In this document: piece after piece, positions 8,462-17,013 of the stretch | How the letters are laid out: each line of letters begins with the position of its first letter | Position numbering within the stretch: position 1 is the first letter of the stretch | Source of the DNA: Candidatus Dormiibacterota bacterium | Lineage (GTDB): Bacteria; Chloroflexota; Dormibacteria; Aeolococcales; Aeolococcaceae | Assembly: GCA_036276135.1 (NCBI GenBank) | Contig: DATBEL010000096.1 | Span: 387-64,386, forward strand | Reading direction: 5' to 3' | Length of the DNA stretch: 64,000 nucleotides | The notes under the pieces: generated by a model | What the model saw: the letters and a program-made list of their open reading frames with translations, nothing else | What the model was told of the DNA's origin: nothing | The model's database searches: none | Made by a program: the position numbers and the translations under genes

Positions 8462-8793
8462 CGACCCGAGGGCCGGAAGCAATCGCTGCAGTAGACGGGC
8501 TTGTCGCCACGCGGCTGGAAGGGAACGCGCGCGATCCCGCCACAGCCGGCGCAGGTCACCTCGTACATCTGGCGTGGCCCACTGGAGCGGGCGCCGTAGC
8601 TGCCGCCACCGCCGCCACCACCACCGTAGCCGCCGCCGGAACCTCCACTGGCCGCGCGCCGCGCTGCGCGGCAGCTCGGGCAGCGGGATGGAGGGTTGGT
8701 CAGACCGCGGGAGGCGAAGAACTCCTGCTCTCCCTCGGTCCAAATGAAGTCAACGCCGCACTCGCGGCAACGCAGGGTCTGGTCTACCGGCAC
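8458..8793 (-). CDS. Double zinc-ribbon protein: N-terminal zinc ribbon and C-terminal CxxC-x17-CxxC domain joined by a Gly/Tyr linker
   Basis: GTG 8793 lies 9 nt after GGAGGA. The N-terminal ribbon is CRECG...CPSC and the C-terminal ribbon is CAGCG-x17-CSDC. The linker is SGGSGGGYGGGGGGGGSYGARSSG. Confidence 0.75.
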   Translation of the reverse strand: MPVDQTLRCRECGVDFIWTEGEQEFFASRGLTNPPSRCPSCRAARRAASGGSGGGYGGGGGGGGSYGARSSGPRQMYEVTCAGCGGIARVPFQPRGDKPVYCSDCFRPSGR

Positions 8794-8989
8794 GCGCCAA
8801 GGTCCTCCGCCGGGACGTTTGGGCGCCCGGTCATAAGTGATACGTGCGGCAAACCATACACGGTCAGCCGTCAAGTCGCCACAGGTTCAGGGGTCCGCAG
8901 GGACGCCGCGCGGTGAGCCGCTGGTACGATCGGGCCGGCCCCGGACAGGAGCGGGCCAGGGCGCACAGGGCGTCGTGGTGGCCGCCGGT

Positions 8990-9005
8990 GGGGTCGGAGG
9001 ACCCC
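8990..9005 (+). promoter_or_regulatory. Possible SD-sequestering hairpin directly upstream of the metK start codon
   Basis: GGGGTC (8990-8995), GGAG loop (8996-8999) and GACCCC (9000-9005) abut ATG 9006. The SD GGAGGA sits in the loop and 3' arm. A second GGGGTCC copy at 8890-8896 could pair with the same GGACCCC. Confidence 0.3.
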
Positions 9006-10187
9006 ATGAGCCGTACGCGCCGCCGCCTGTTCACCTCGGAGTCCGTCACCGAGGGACATCCCGACAAGATCGCCGATCAGATCAGCGACGCCGTCCTCGA
9101 CGCCGTTCTCGAGAAGGACCCGCTCGGCCGCGTGGCATGCGAGACGGCTCTGACCACGGGCACTGCGCTGGTCTTCGGGGAGATCTCGACGGAGGCCTAC
9201 ATCGACATCGCCGGGGTGGTGCGCCGCACCATCAAGGACATCGGCTACATCCGCGCCAAGTACGGGTTCGACTACGAGACCTGCGGCGTCCTCGTCTGCA
9301 TCGACGAGCAGTCGCCTGACATCGCGCAGGGCGTCAACACCGGCGGCGCCGGCGACCAGGGGATGATGTTCGGGTTCGCCTGCGACGAGACCCCCGAGCT
9401 GATGCCGGCGCCGATCCAGTTCGCCCACGGGCTGGCTCGGCGCCTCAGCCTGAAGCGACGTGACGGCACCCTGCGCTGGGCGCGCCCCGACGGCAAGACC
9501 CAGGTCACCGTCGAGTACGACGGGCAGGGCAGGCCGCGGCGGGTCGACAACGTCCTGGTGAGCATCCAGCACTCCGAGGACGCCTCCCACGAGCAGGTCT
9601 TCAGCGACATCCAGGAGCACGTCGTGGAGGCGGTGATCCCGGCCGAGTGGCTCGACTCCTCGACCATCCGGCACGTCAACCCCACCGGCCGCTTCGTGAT
9701 CGGCGGACCGCAGGGGGACGCGGGGCTCACCGGCCGCAAGATCATCGTCGACACCTACGGTGGGTACGCGCGCCATGGTGGTGGCGCATTCAGCGGCAAG
9801 GACCCGACCAAGGTCGATCGCAGCGCCGCCTACGGCGCCCGCTGGGCGGCCAAGAACGTCGTCGCCGCCGGCATGGCGACGAAGTGCGAGATCCAGGTGG
9901 CGTACGCGATCGGCGTGGTCAAGCCGGTCTCCGTGCTGGTCGAGACCTTCGGCACGGAGACCATCCCGGTGGAGCGCATCGAGGAGCTGGTCGAGAAGTT
10001 CTTCGACCTCTCGCCGTTCGGGATCATCTCGGCACTCGAGCTGCGCCGGCCCATCTACCGGCAGGTGGCCGCGTTCGGCCACTTTGGGCGGAGCGACCTC
10101 GACCTTCCCTGGGAGCGCACCGATCGAGCCCTCGACCTCGCCGAGGCGGCGGGCACCCAGCCGATCCTGGCGGTGGCCGCCGGCTGA
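9006..10187 (+). CDS. metK: S-adenosylmethionine synthetase
   Basis: ATG 9006 follows GGAGGA. Motifs are [32 protein letters not shown] and [25 protein letters not shown]. Confidence 0.95.
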   Translation: MSRTRRRLFTSESVTEGHPDKIADQISDAVLDAVLEKDPLGRVACETALTTGTALVFGEISTEAYIDIAGVVRRTIKDIGYIRAKYGFDYETCGVLVCIDEQSPDIAQGVNTGGAGDQGMMFGFACDETPELMPAPIQFAHGLARRLSLKRRDGTLRWARPDGKTQVTVEYDGQGRPRRVDNVLVSIQHSEDASHEQVFSDIQEHVVEAVIPAEWLDSSTIRHVNPTGRFVIGGPQGDAGLTGRKIIVDTYGGYARHGGGAFSGKDPTKVDRSAAYGARWAAKNVVAAGMATKCEIQVAYAIGVVKPVSVLVETFGTETIPVERIEELVEKFFDLSPFGIISALELRRPIYRQVAAFGHFGRSDLDLPWERTDRALDLAEAAGTQPILAVAAG

Positions 10188-10221
10188 CTCCCCGGGGGCG
10201 TGCTCGGGCATCATCCCGGCC

Positions 10222-11358
10222 GTGGCCTTCCACGTCCTCATCCTTGCCGGCGGCAGCGGGTCGCGGCTGTGGCCGCTGAGCCGTGCCACCGTGCCCAAGC
10301 ACCTGCTGCCCCTCGGGCCGGGCGGCGTCACCCTGCTCCGGGCAACCGTCGACCGGGTGGCGCCGCTCGGAGGCCAGCTCCACGTGGTCACCGAGGCGGC
10401 CCAGGCAGCGGGTTGCCGGGAGGCGCTCGCGGGCCTGGCCGCTCCGGTGTCGGTGATCAGCGAGCCCTGCGCGCGGGGGACAGGCGCCGCGCTGGGCCTC
10501 GCCGTGCACCAGGTGGCCCGTTCCGATCCCGACGCCGTGATCGTCTCCGTCCACGCCGACCACCACGTGGGAGATGACGATGCGTACCGTGCGGCGGTGC
10601 TGGCCGCCGCGGGGTGGGCGGTGGCCACCGCCGGCCTGGCGACGGTCGGGCTGACGCCGGCGTCGCCGACAACCGGCTTCGGCTACCTCGCGCTGGGCGA
10701 AGCGCTGCCGCCTGGCCGCTGGACCGCGCCGCCCGGCACGGGGGCCGACGCCGTCCTGCTGGCGGCCGCGTCAGCCCTCCCGGCGTCGACCGCTGCGGGA
10801 TTCGTCGAGAAGCCCGATCGCGAGCGCGCCGCGCAGTACGTGGCCGACCGGCGTCACCTCTGGAACCTCGGCCTCTTCGCCTGGACGGCTCCGGTGTTCC
10901 TCGCCGAGCTGGCCGCAGCCGATCCGACCATGGACGCGACCCTGCGCGAGATGGTCGTGGCGCGCGCGGCCGGCGATGAGGACGGCGCTGCCCGGCTCTA
11001 TGCATCGCTGGCGCCGGTGGCGGTGGAGCCGCTGGTGTTCGAGCGCACCAGCAGGCTCACCGCGGTGCGGGCTGCGTTCGACTGGTCGGACCTCGGCACG
11101 TGGGCCGACCTGGCCTCGAGCCTGGCCGCGGCGGCGGACGCAGACGGCAACGTCAGCACCGGCGAGGCGCTGCTGCTCGAGTCGCAGGGCTGCTACGTGA
11201 TGTCGGCAGGCGGTCGCACGGTGGTGCTGGTGGGCGTCGAGGGCCTGGCCGTGGTCGACACGGGCGACGCCGTGCTGGTTCTCCATCTGGGCGCGGAGCA
11301 ACTGGTCAGGGACGTGGTGGAGAAGCTTCGCGCCTCGGGGAAGCCCGACCTCATCTAG
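10222..11358 (+). CDS. manC: Mannose-1-phosphate guanylyltransferase (nucleotidyltransferase family)
   Basis: GTG 10222. Motifs are LILAGGSGSRLWPLSR, GTGAALGLAV and GFVEKPD. The track ORF starting at 9760 is an upstream read-through. Confidence 0.8.
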   Translation: MAFHVLILAGGSGSRLWPLSRATVPKHLLPLGPGGVTLLRATVDRVAPLGGQLHVVTEAAQAAGCREALAGLAAPVSVISEPCARGTGAALGLAVHQVARSDPDAVIVSVHADHHVGDDDAYRAAVLAAAGWAVATAGLATVGLTPASPTTGFGYLALGEALPPGRWTAPPGTGADAVLLAAASALPASTAAGFVEKPDRERAAQYVADRRHLWNLGLFAWTAPVFLAELAAADPTMDATLREMVVARAAGDEDGAARLYASLAPVAVEPLVFERTSRLTAVRAAFDWSDLGTWADLASSLAAAADADGNVSTGEALLLESQGCYVMSAGGRTVVLVGVEGLAVVDTGDAVLVLHLGAEQLVRDVVEKLRASGKPDLI

Positions 11359-11374
11359 GCCGGGGCCGCTGCGC

Positions 11375-11818
11375 TCAGGGTTGCGAAGGCTGCCCGCTCA
11401 CCTCGAACACCGCCGAGGCGATCGTGCCCAGCGGGGTGGGGCCGCTGAGGTTGAGGGTGGTCTGCTGCCCGGGCTGAACCTTGACCTGGCCGCCGATGGC
11501 GTCGCCGACGAGGTTGTGGCGGGGGTCGTACAGCGAGGCGCGGACGCTGATGGAGATCAGCGACGTCGCGTGCGATGTCAGCGTGGCCCGGACCACCAGC
11601 GAGCGCGAGTCATCGAGCTTGAAGCTCACCGACCTGGCGTCGATGGTGGCCGCGGCGTCGCCCTGCTGGGTGATCGCCACGGTGCTCGTCGCGAACGGTG
11701 TGGCCGAGACCACCTGGGGGATCTTGGTGTCATCTCCGCAACCGGCCAGAGCCAGCAGGAGCAGCGCTGTCGCGCAGGCTGGGCGCGCCCGCGCTGTGAA
11801 GACGAGCATCGCAGGCAT
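11375..11818 (-). CDS. Hypothetical lipoprotein
   Basis: ATG 11818. A signal peptide with the lipobox LLALAGCG precedes a beta-rich mature part. No family recognised. Confidence 0.6.
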   Translation of the reverse strand: MPAMLVFTARARPACATALLLLALAGCGDDTKIPQVVSATPFATSTVAITQQGDAAATIDARSVSFKLDDSRSLVVRATLTSHATSLISISVRASLYDPRHNLVGDAIGGQVKVQPGQQTTLNLSGPTPLGTIASAVFEVSGQPSQP

Positions 11819-11896
11819 CGTAGCAAGTGGGTCCTCGCGCAACCAGAGTGAGCGGACGCGTGCCGCCCCCGGCCCCATACGCCAGAATCCTCATCC

Positions 11897-13345
11897 ATGA
11901 CAACCCCGATCCACTTCGGGACCGATGGTTGGCGTGCCATTGTCGGCGACGACTTCACGTACGCGAACGTCCGCGCCGTGGCCCAGGGTGTTGCGGCGTA
12001 CCTCGATGGTGACGCGCGCCCGGTGGTGGTCGGACACGACGCGCGCTACTGCGCCGAGCTCTTCGCGCGCGAGGTTGCCCGCGTCCTCGCGGCCAACGGC
12101 CTGCACGTGATCCTCCTCGACCGCGTCATCCCCACCCCGGCGGTGTCGTGGACGGTTGTCGAGCGCAAGGCCGCCGGCGGCGTTGTGGTCACGGCGAGCC
12201 ACAATCCGATGGAGTTCAACGGCCTCAAGTACAAGCCCGACTTCGGCGGTTCGGCGTCGCCGGAGGTGGTGGCCGACCTCGAGTCGAACACCGCGAAGGC
12301 GCTGTCGGACGGCGTGCGGACGACGGGGTTCGACGACGCGGTGAGGTCGGGCGCCGTCGAGCTCGTCGACCCGCTGCCGTCATATTTCGAGCAGCTCGGC
12401 CGCATGGTCGACATCGGTCGCCTGCGCGCCGCAGGGCTCAAGGTGATGCACGAGGCCATGTACGGCGCGGGCGCGGGCCTGCTGTCACGCCTGCTCGGGG
12501 GTGACGCAACCACCGTGACCGAGCTGCACGGCGAGCGCAACCCAGGGTTCGGGGGTATGCACCCAGAGCCGATCGACCGCTACATGCCGGAGGCGATGGA
12601 GCTGATGGCCAGAGGTGGGCACGACGTCGGGATTGCCAACGACGGCGACGCCGACCGCGTGGGGATCATCGACGAGACCGGACGGTACGTGAACCAGCTC
12701 GAGGTGATGGCGCTCTTCAGCATGTACCTGCTGGAAAAACGCGGCCTGCGCGGCGACATCGTGCGCTCCCTCACCACCACCAGCATGGTCGACGCGCTCG
12801 GGGAGCGGTTCGGCGTCACCGTGCACGAGATGCCGGTCGGCTTCAAGTACATCGGTGCGGTGATGATGGAGAAGGATGCGCTGCTCGGCGGCGAGGAGTC
12901 GGGGGGATTCGCGTTCCGCGGCCACATCCCCGAGCGCGACGGGATCCTGTCCGGGCTGATGATCGCCGACATGATCGTCGAGTACCAACTGCCACTCTCG
13001 CGCATCCTCGCGCATCTCTTCGAGCTGGTCGGGCCGCACGCTTACGACAGGCATGACATCCGCTTCGATCGCGACGGGTACGAGGAGCGCAAGAAGCAGA
13101 CGTACCGGCGTCTCCAACAGGATGCGCCGACCGAGCTCGCGGGCAGCAGGGTGGTGCGCACCCGCGACGACGATGGATTCAAGTTCTACCTCGACGGCGG
13201 TTCGTGGGCCCTGGTGCGCATGAGCGGGACCGAGCCGCTCATGCGTGTCTACAGCGAGGCACCGACCAAGGATCGCGTCAACGAGCTGCTCGCGGCCCTC
13301 GAGGATCACCTCGGGGTGTCGCCCGCCACCGGCCGGCAGCCCTGA
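11897..13345 (+). CDS. Phosphomannomutase/phosphoglucomutase (alpha-D-phosphohexomutase)
   Basis: FGTDGWRA, TASHNPMEFNGLKY (phosphoserine loop), GIANDGDADR (Mg site) and GGEESGG. Confidence 0.9.
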   Translation: MTTPIHFGTDGWRAIVGDDFTYANVRAVAQGVAAYLDGDARPVVVGHDARYCAELFAREVARVLAANGLHVILLDRVIPTPAVSWTVVERKAAGGVVVTASHNPMEFNGLKYKPDFGGSASPEVVADLESNTAKALSDGVRTTGFDDAVRSGAVELVDPLPSYFEQLGRMVDIGRLRAAGLKVMHEAMYGAGAGLLSRLLGGDATTVTELHGERNPGFGGMHPEPIDRYMPEAMELMARGGHDVGIANDGDADRVGIIDETGRYVNQLEVMALFSMYLLEKRGLRGDIVRSLTTTSMVDALGERFGVTVHEMPVGFKYIGAVMMEKDALLGGEESGGFAFRGHIPERDGILSGLMIADMIVEYQLPLSRILAHLFELVGPHAYDRHDIRFDRDGYEERKKQTYRRLQQDAPTELAGSRVVRTRDDDGFKFYLDGGSWALVRMSGTEPLMRVYSEAPTKDRVNELLAALEDHLGVSPATGRQP

Positions 13346-13346
13346 C

Positions 13347-13742
13347 ATGCGTGACGCGGGGCGGTCCGAGGTGAGCGATGCTGACGAAGCCCGTGTCACC
13401 AAGCCGTGGGGACACGAGGTCCGTTGGGCGGTGACCGACCGCTATCTCGGCAAGCTCATCCACATCAACAAGGGTGAGCAGCTGAGCCTGCAGTACCACG
13501 TCCAGAAGGACGAGTCGATCCTGATCATGTCCGGGCTGATGGACCTCGTCCTCGAGGACGAGCGCGGCGAGGTGCGCACGCACCGGATGTCACCGGGGAT
13601 GACCGCGCGGGTCCGACCGGGGAGGCGACACCGCTTCGCCGCGGTCGAGGACTGCGACCTGGTGGAGGTCTCCTCCCCGGAGATCGACGACATCGTGCGC
13701 CTGGAGGACCGCTACGGACGCGAGGGCACCAGCACCGCCTGA
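13347..13742 (+). CDS. Cupin-domain protein (type II mannose-6-phosphate isomerase-like)
   Basis: ATG 13347 lies 1 nt after the phosphomannomutase stop. The cupin core is KPWGHEVRW...GKLIHINKGEQLSLQYHVQKDE. Confidence 0.65.
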   Translation: MRDAGRSEVSDADEARVTKPWGHEVRWAVTDRYLGKLIHINKGEQLSLQYHVQKDESILIMSGLMDLVLEDERGEVRTHRMSPGMTARVRPGRRHRFAAVEDCDLVEVSSPEIDDIVRLEDRYGREGTSTA

Positions 13743-13759
13743 GCCACAGCGCGGCAGCG

Positions 13760-14623
13760 ATGGATAACCGTTCCAAGCACGACCGCCGTCGCGGCAATGC
13801 CTTCTACGCCGAAAGCGCACGGGCCGCGCTCGGGCTCGGCACCGAGGTGCATGCGCTGAGCGACGTACCGCTCCCGCTGGTGCACACGGCGCTGGGCATC
13901 GCCGTGTGTGCCGTGGCGTCGGCGCTGCGCCCCCAGGTGCTCGGCCTGCGCACCACGGTCATCGCCACCGGCTCGCTGGCGATCGCGACGGCGCTGACCC
14001 TGACCATCTATGACCGCCTCGTCTACGGGCGCAACCTCAGTCATGCGCTCGCCGCGACCTTTCTCCCGGTTGCCGCGATCGCTGCCTTCGTGGTGGTGCT
14101 CGGCAGCACCGGCGACCTGTCGCTGCGCATCCCCGCCGGGGCAGTCGCCGCGCTGGTCATCGGCGGGATCCCTCACCTCGGAGGCCTGCGCGCGGCCGGC
14201 CGCGAGGGCACCGTGACCCGGCTCATCCGCGATGGCGCCGGCATCGTCGTGCTGGCACCGCTGCTGCTCGCTTCATTCGGTGGCGGCCTGGCGACATCGA
14301 GCAGCCTGGCGCTGTGCGGCTGCGGGGTCCTGCTCGTGTCCGCGGACGCCCTGCTCACCGAGGAGCTCAACGGTTTCCTGGCTGTCGCCACCGCTGCGCT
14401 GATCGCGGCGATCCTCTGCGGGCTGCTCGTCATCCTTCCCGCCGCGGGGCGCGGCGCCATCCGTGCCGGCCTGCTGCTGGTGCTCTGGTATGGCCTGCGG
14501 GGGCTGGCGGCCGCGCTGCTCAGCCGCGGCCGCAGCCGGGGGATGGTCGTCGAGTACGTGGTGTTCGTCGTCGGCGCGGCGGCGGCGATCGCGGCCGGGG
14601 TGTGGCGGGGCTGGGGCGCCTAG
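13760..14623 (+). CDS. Hypothetical polytopic membrane protein
   Basis: About 8 hydrophobic helices throughout. GC3 is high. No family recognised. Confidence 0.55.
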   Translation: MDNRSKHDRRRGNAFYAESARAALGLGTEVHALSDVPLPLVHTALGIAVCAVASALRPQVLGLRTTVIATGSLAIATALTLTIYDRLVYGRNLSHALAATFLPVAAIAAFVVVLGSTGDLSLRIPAGAVAALVIGGIPHLGGLRAAGREGTVTRLIRDGAGIVVLAPLLLASFGGGLATSSSLALCGCGVLLVSADALLTEELNGFLAVATAALIAAILCGLLVILPAAGRGAIRAGLLLVLWYGLRGLAAALLSRGRSRGMVVEYVVFVVGAAAAIAAGVWRGWGA

Positions 14624-15444
14624 ATCGGTGCCGGTTCGACCGCGGCGCGGGCACGGCGGCCGGCGTACAGGGCGGCGTCCGCTCGCTCGACGAGCGCATC
14701 GACGCTGTCCCCGGCGATGAGCTCGGCGATGCCGACACTGATGCCGCCGCCAGTCCGCCGCGTCACGTGGTCGCGGAGGCTCGCGGCGGTAACCTCTCCC
14801 TCGGCGGCGCCGCTGTCGGTCAGCACGCAGAGGAACTCGTCGCCGCCGTACCTGACGACGAGGTCGTACGAGCGCAGCCTCTCGCGAATGGCGGCCACCG
14901 TCTCGCGCAGACGGTCGTCACCGGCGGCATGGCCGTCGCGGTCGTTGACCGCCTTGAGGCCGTCGACGTCGATGAAGATGACCACCAACCCCTTGCCGGG
15001 AGCGCGACGGCTGCGGTCCATCTCGCGTTGCAAGGCGGCCAGGCCTGCCCCGCGGCGGAGCGCGCCGGTCAGCTCGTCGACGGTCACCTGGCCGGCGAGA
15101 CGGGTGCACTGGTCGACGAGCGCACGGAGCCTGTTCACGGCGCTGGCGGCGTCCTCATCGGGGAGGTGGGCGAGTCCTTCTTCCGGGACCGCCAGCGCGG
15201 CGGCGAGCACGCTCCGAGCCCGCCCGGGGACCAGCGGGAGTCGCGCGTGCGCACGGACCGCCGCCCAGCCGACGAGGTCGGCGGTGACCTCCGCGACATC
15301 GGGAAGGGAGGCGGCCAGCGCCTCCCTGCTCAATCCGTCGGCGTCGACGGTGCGCGGGAGCTGCTCCGGTGCTGGGTCTGCTTGGAAGCTTGTTCCGCGC
15401 TGCTGCAACGTTGTCCCCCGGCGTGGTCCACGGATGGCGTCCAT
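14620..15444 (-). CDS. GGDEF-domain diguanylate cyclase with an unassigned N-terminal domain
   Basis: ATG 15444 lies 31 nt downstream of the livF stop. Motifs are DELTGA, FIDVDGLKAVNDRDGHAAGDDRL and RSYDLVVRYGGDEFL (intact GGDEF plus the RxxD I-site). The ~110-aa N-terminal part was not recognised. Confidence 0.8.
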   Translation of the reverse strand: MDAIRGPRRGTTLQQRGTSFQADPAPEQLPRTVDADGLSREALAASLPDVAEVTADLVGWAAVRAHARLPLVPGRARSVLAAALAVPEEGLAHLPDEDAASAVNRLRALVDQCTRLAGQVTVDELTGALRRGAGLAALQREMDRSRRAPGKGLVVIFIDVDGLKAVNDRDGHAAGDDRLRETVAAIRERLRSYDLVVRYGGDEFLCVLTDSGAAEGEVTAASLRDHVTRRTGGGISVGIAELIAGDSVDALVERADAALYAGRRARAAVEPAPI

Positions 15445-15475
15445 GGTGCCACGAACAGCGGGGCCGTGCGGCCTG

Positions 15476-16234
15476 TCACATCCCCAGGTATGCGCGCTGC
15501 ACGTCGGGCGAGTGGAGCAGTTCCTGGGCGGGGCCCTGGGTGGCCACCTCGCCGACCTCGAGCACGTACCCACGGCGCGCGGTGTTGAGCGCCAGCAACG
15601 CGTTCTGTTCGATGAGCAGCACGGTGGTACCGCCCTGGTTGATCTCGCGGATGACCGCGAACAGGGCGTCCACGATGATCGGCGCCAGGCCAAGCGAGGG
15701 CTCGTCGAGCAGGAGCACGCTGGGATGAGCCATCAACGCGCGGCCGATCGCGACCATCTGCTGCTCGCCGCCCGACAGGCTGCCGGCGAGCTGGCCGGAG
15801 CGCTCCTTGATGCGCGGGAAGAGCTGGTACACACGCTCGAAGTCGGCCCTGATCCCCGCCCGGTCATTGCGGCTGTAGGCGCCCATGTCGAGGTTCTCGC
15901 GAACGGTCATGCGGCCGAACAGGCGGCGACCCTCAGGCGCGTGACCGACACCCAGGCGCGCGATCTTCTCAGCCCCCAGCGTGTGGATGGGCTCGCCGCG
16001 GAGGAGGATCTCGCCCTTTGCCGGTCGCACCAGGCCGCTGATGGTTCGCAGGGTGGTGGTCTTCCCCGCACCGTTGCTGCCGATCAGGGCGACGATCTCG
16101 CCGTCACCAACTGTCAGTGAGACGCCGCGCAGGGCCTGGACGCGCCCGTACAGGACGTCGACATTGCGCAGCTCGAGCACCGGCACGGAGCTGGGCGCGG
16201 GCCGGTCGACGGCGGCGGGCAGCGTGTCGGTCAT
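15476..16234 (-). CDS. livF: Branched-chain amino-acid ABC transporter ATP-binding protein (LivF type)
   Basis: Walker A GSNGAGKTT, signature LSGGEQQM and LLLDEPSLGLAP. Confidence 0.85.
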   Translation of the reverse strand: MTDTLPAAVDRPAPSSVPVLELRNVDVLYGRVQALRGVSLTVGDGEIVALIGSNGAGKTTTLRTISGLVRPAKGEILLRGEPIHTLGAEKIARLGVGHAPEGRRLFGRMTVRENLDMGAYSRNDRAGIRADFERVYQLFPRIKERSGQLAGSLSGGEQQMVAIGRALMAHPSVLLLDEPSLGLAPIIVDALFAVIREINQGGTTVLLIEQNALLALNTARRGYVLEVGEVATQGPAQELLHSPDVQRAYLGM

Positions 16235-17013
16235 GCCCCGGCCATCCGCTCGGCGGCTCCCTGGCCCAGGTAGGCTTCGATGACCTGCGGGTTGCTGCGC
16301 ACCTCGGCGGGTTGGCCCTCGGTGATCTTGACGCCGTGGTCGAGAACGACGATGCGATCACTGATCTCCATGACCACCTTCATGTCGTGCTCGATGAGGA
16401 AGATGGTGAGCCCCTCGTTGCGCAGCCGGCCGATCAGCGCCATCAGCTCCTTCTTCTCCTGGGGATTGAGCCCGGCCGCCGGCTCATCGAGAAGGAGCAC
16501 ACGCGGCCGCGTCGCCAGGGCGCGCGCGATCTCCAGGCGCCGCTGGAGCCCGTAGGGGAGCTCGCGTGCGTACGAGCCCGCGTAGCGGCTCAGGCCAAGC
16601 TTGTCGAGCAGGTCATGCGCCCGATCGGCGACGCGCCGCTCGTCCCGCCGGGCGCGCGGCGACTTGATCACGCTGTCCCAGACGCGCGCGGTCATCCACC
16701 AGTGGGCCCCGACCATGACGTTGTCGAGCGCGGTCATGAAGGAGAAGAGGCGGATGTTCTGGAAGGTCCGCGCGATACCGAGCCGGGTGATGCGGTGGGG
16801 CGGCTGCCCGGTGATGCTGCGGCCATCGAGCCGCACGTCCCCCGACGTGGTGGGAAACAGCCCGGTGATGCAGTTGAAGGCCGTCGTCTTGCCAGCCCCG
16901 TTGGGACCGATCATCGACACGATCTCGCCGGTGTCGATGACAAAGGACACATCGTTGACAGCAAGCAGGCCGCCGAACCGCTTGACCATGTTGTCGACCT
17001 CGATCAGCGGCAT
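16231..17013 (-). CDS. livG: Branched-chain amino-acid ABC transporter ATP-binding protein (LivG type)
   Basis: GPNGAGKTTAFNCITG, LPYGLQRRLEIARAL and LLLDEPAAGL. There is a 4-nt overlap with livF. Confidence 0.85.
   Translation of the reverse strand: MPLIEVDNMVKRFGGLLAVNDVSFVIDTGEIVSMIGPNGAGKTTAFNCITGLFPTTSGDVRLDGRSITGQPPHRITRLGIARTFQNIRLFSFMTALDNVMVGAHWWMTARVWDSVIKSPRARRDERRVADRAHDLLDKLGLSRYAGSYARELPYGLQRRLEIARALATRPRVLLLDEPAAGLNPQEKKELMALIGRLRNEGLTIFLIEHDMKVVMEISDRIVVLDHGVKITEGQPAEVRSNPQVIEAYLGQGAAERMAGA

Noticed and set aside
8590-8650. GCC/ACC-rich tandem-like repeat
   Set aside because: It is the coding sequence of the poly-Gly/Tyr linker of the zinc-ribbon protein (minus strand). It is not a non-coding repeat or a CRISPR array.
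8794-9005. A canonical SAM riboswitch (SAM-I, SAM-II or SAM-IV) upstream of metK
   Set aside because: I could not recognise any of the consensus cores by eye. Only the local SD hairpin is reported, with low confidence. A cmscan search is needed to decide.
8871-10628. 585-aa ORF antisense to metK and manC
   Set aside because: This is a shadow frame. metK on the plus strand is unambiguous ([18 protein letters not shown]).
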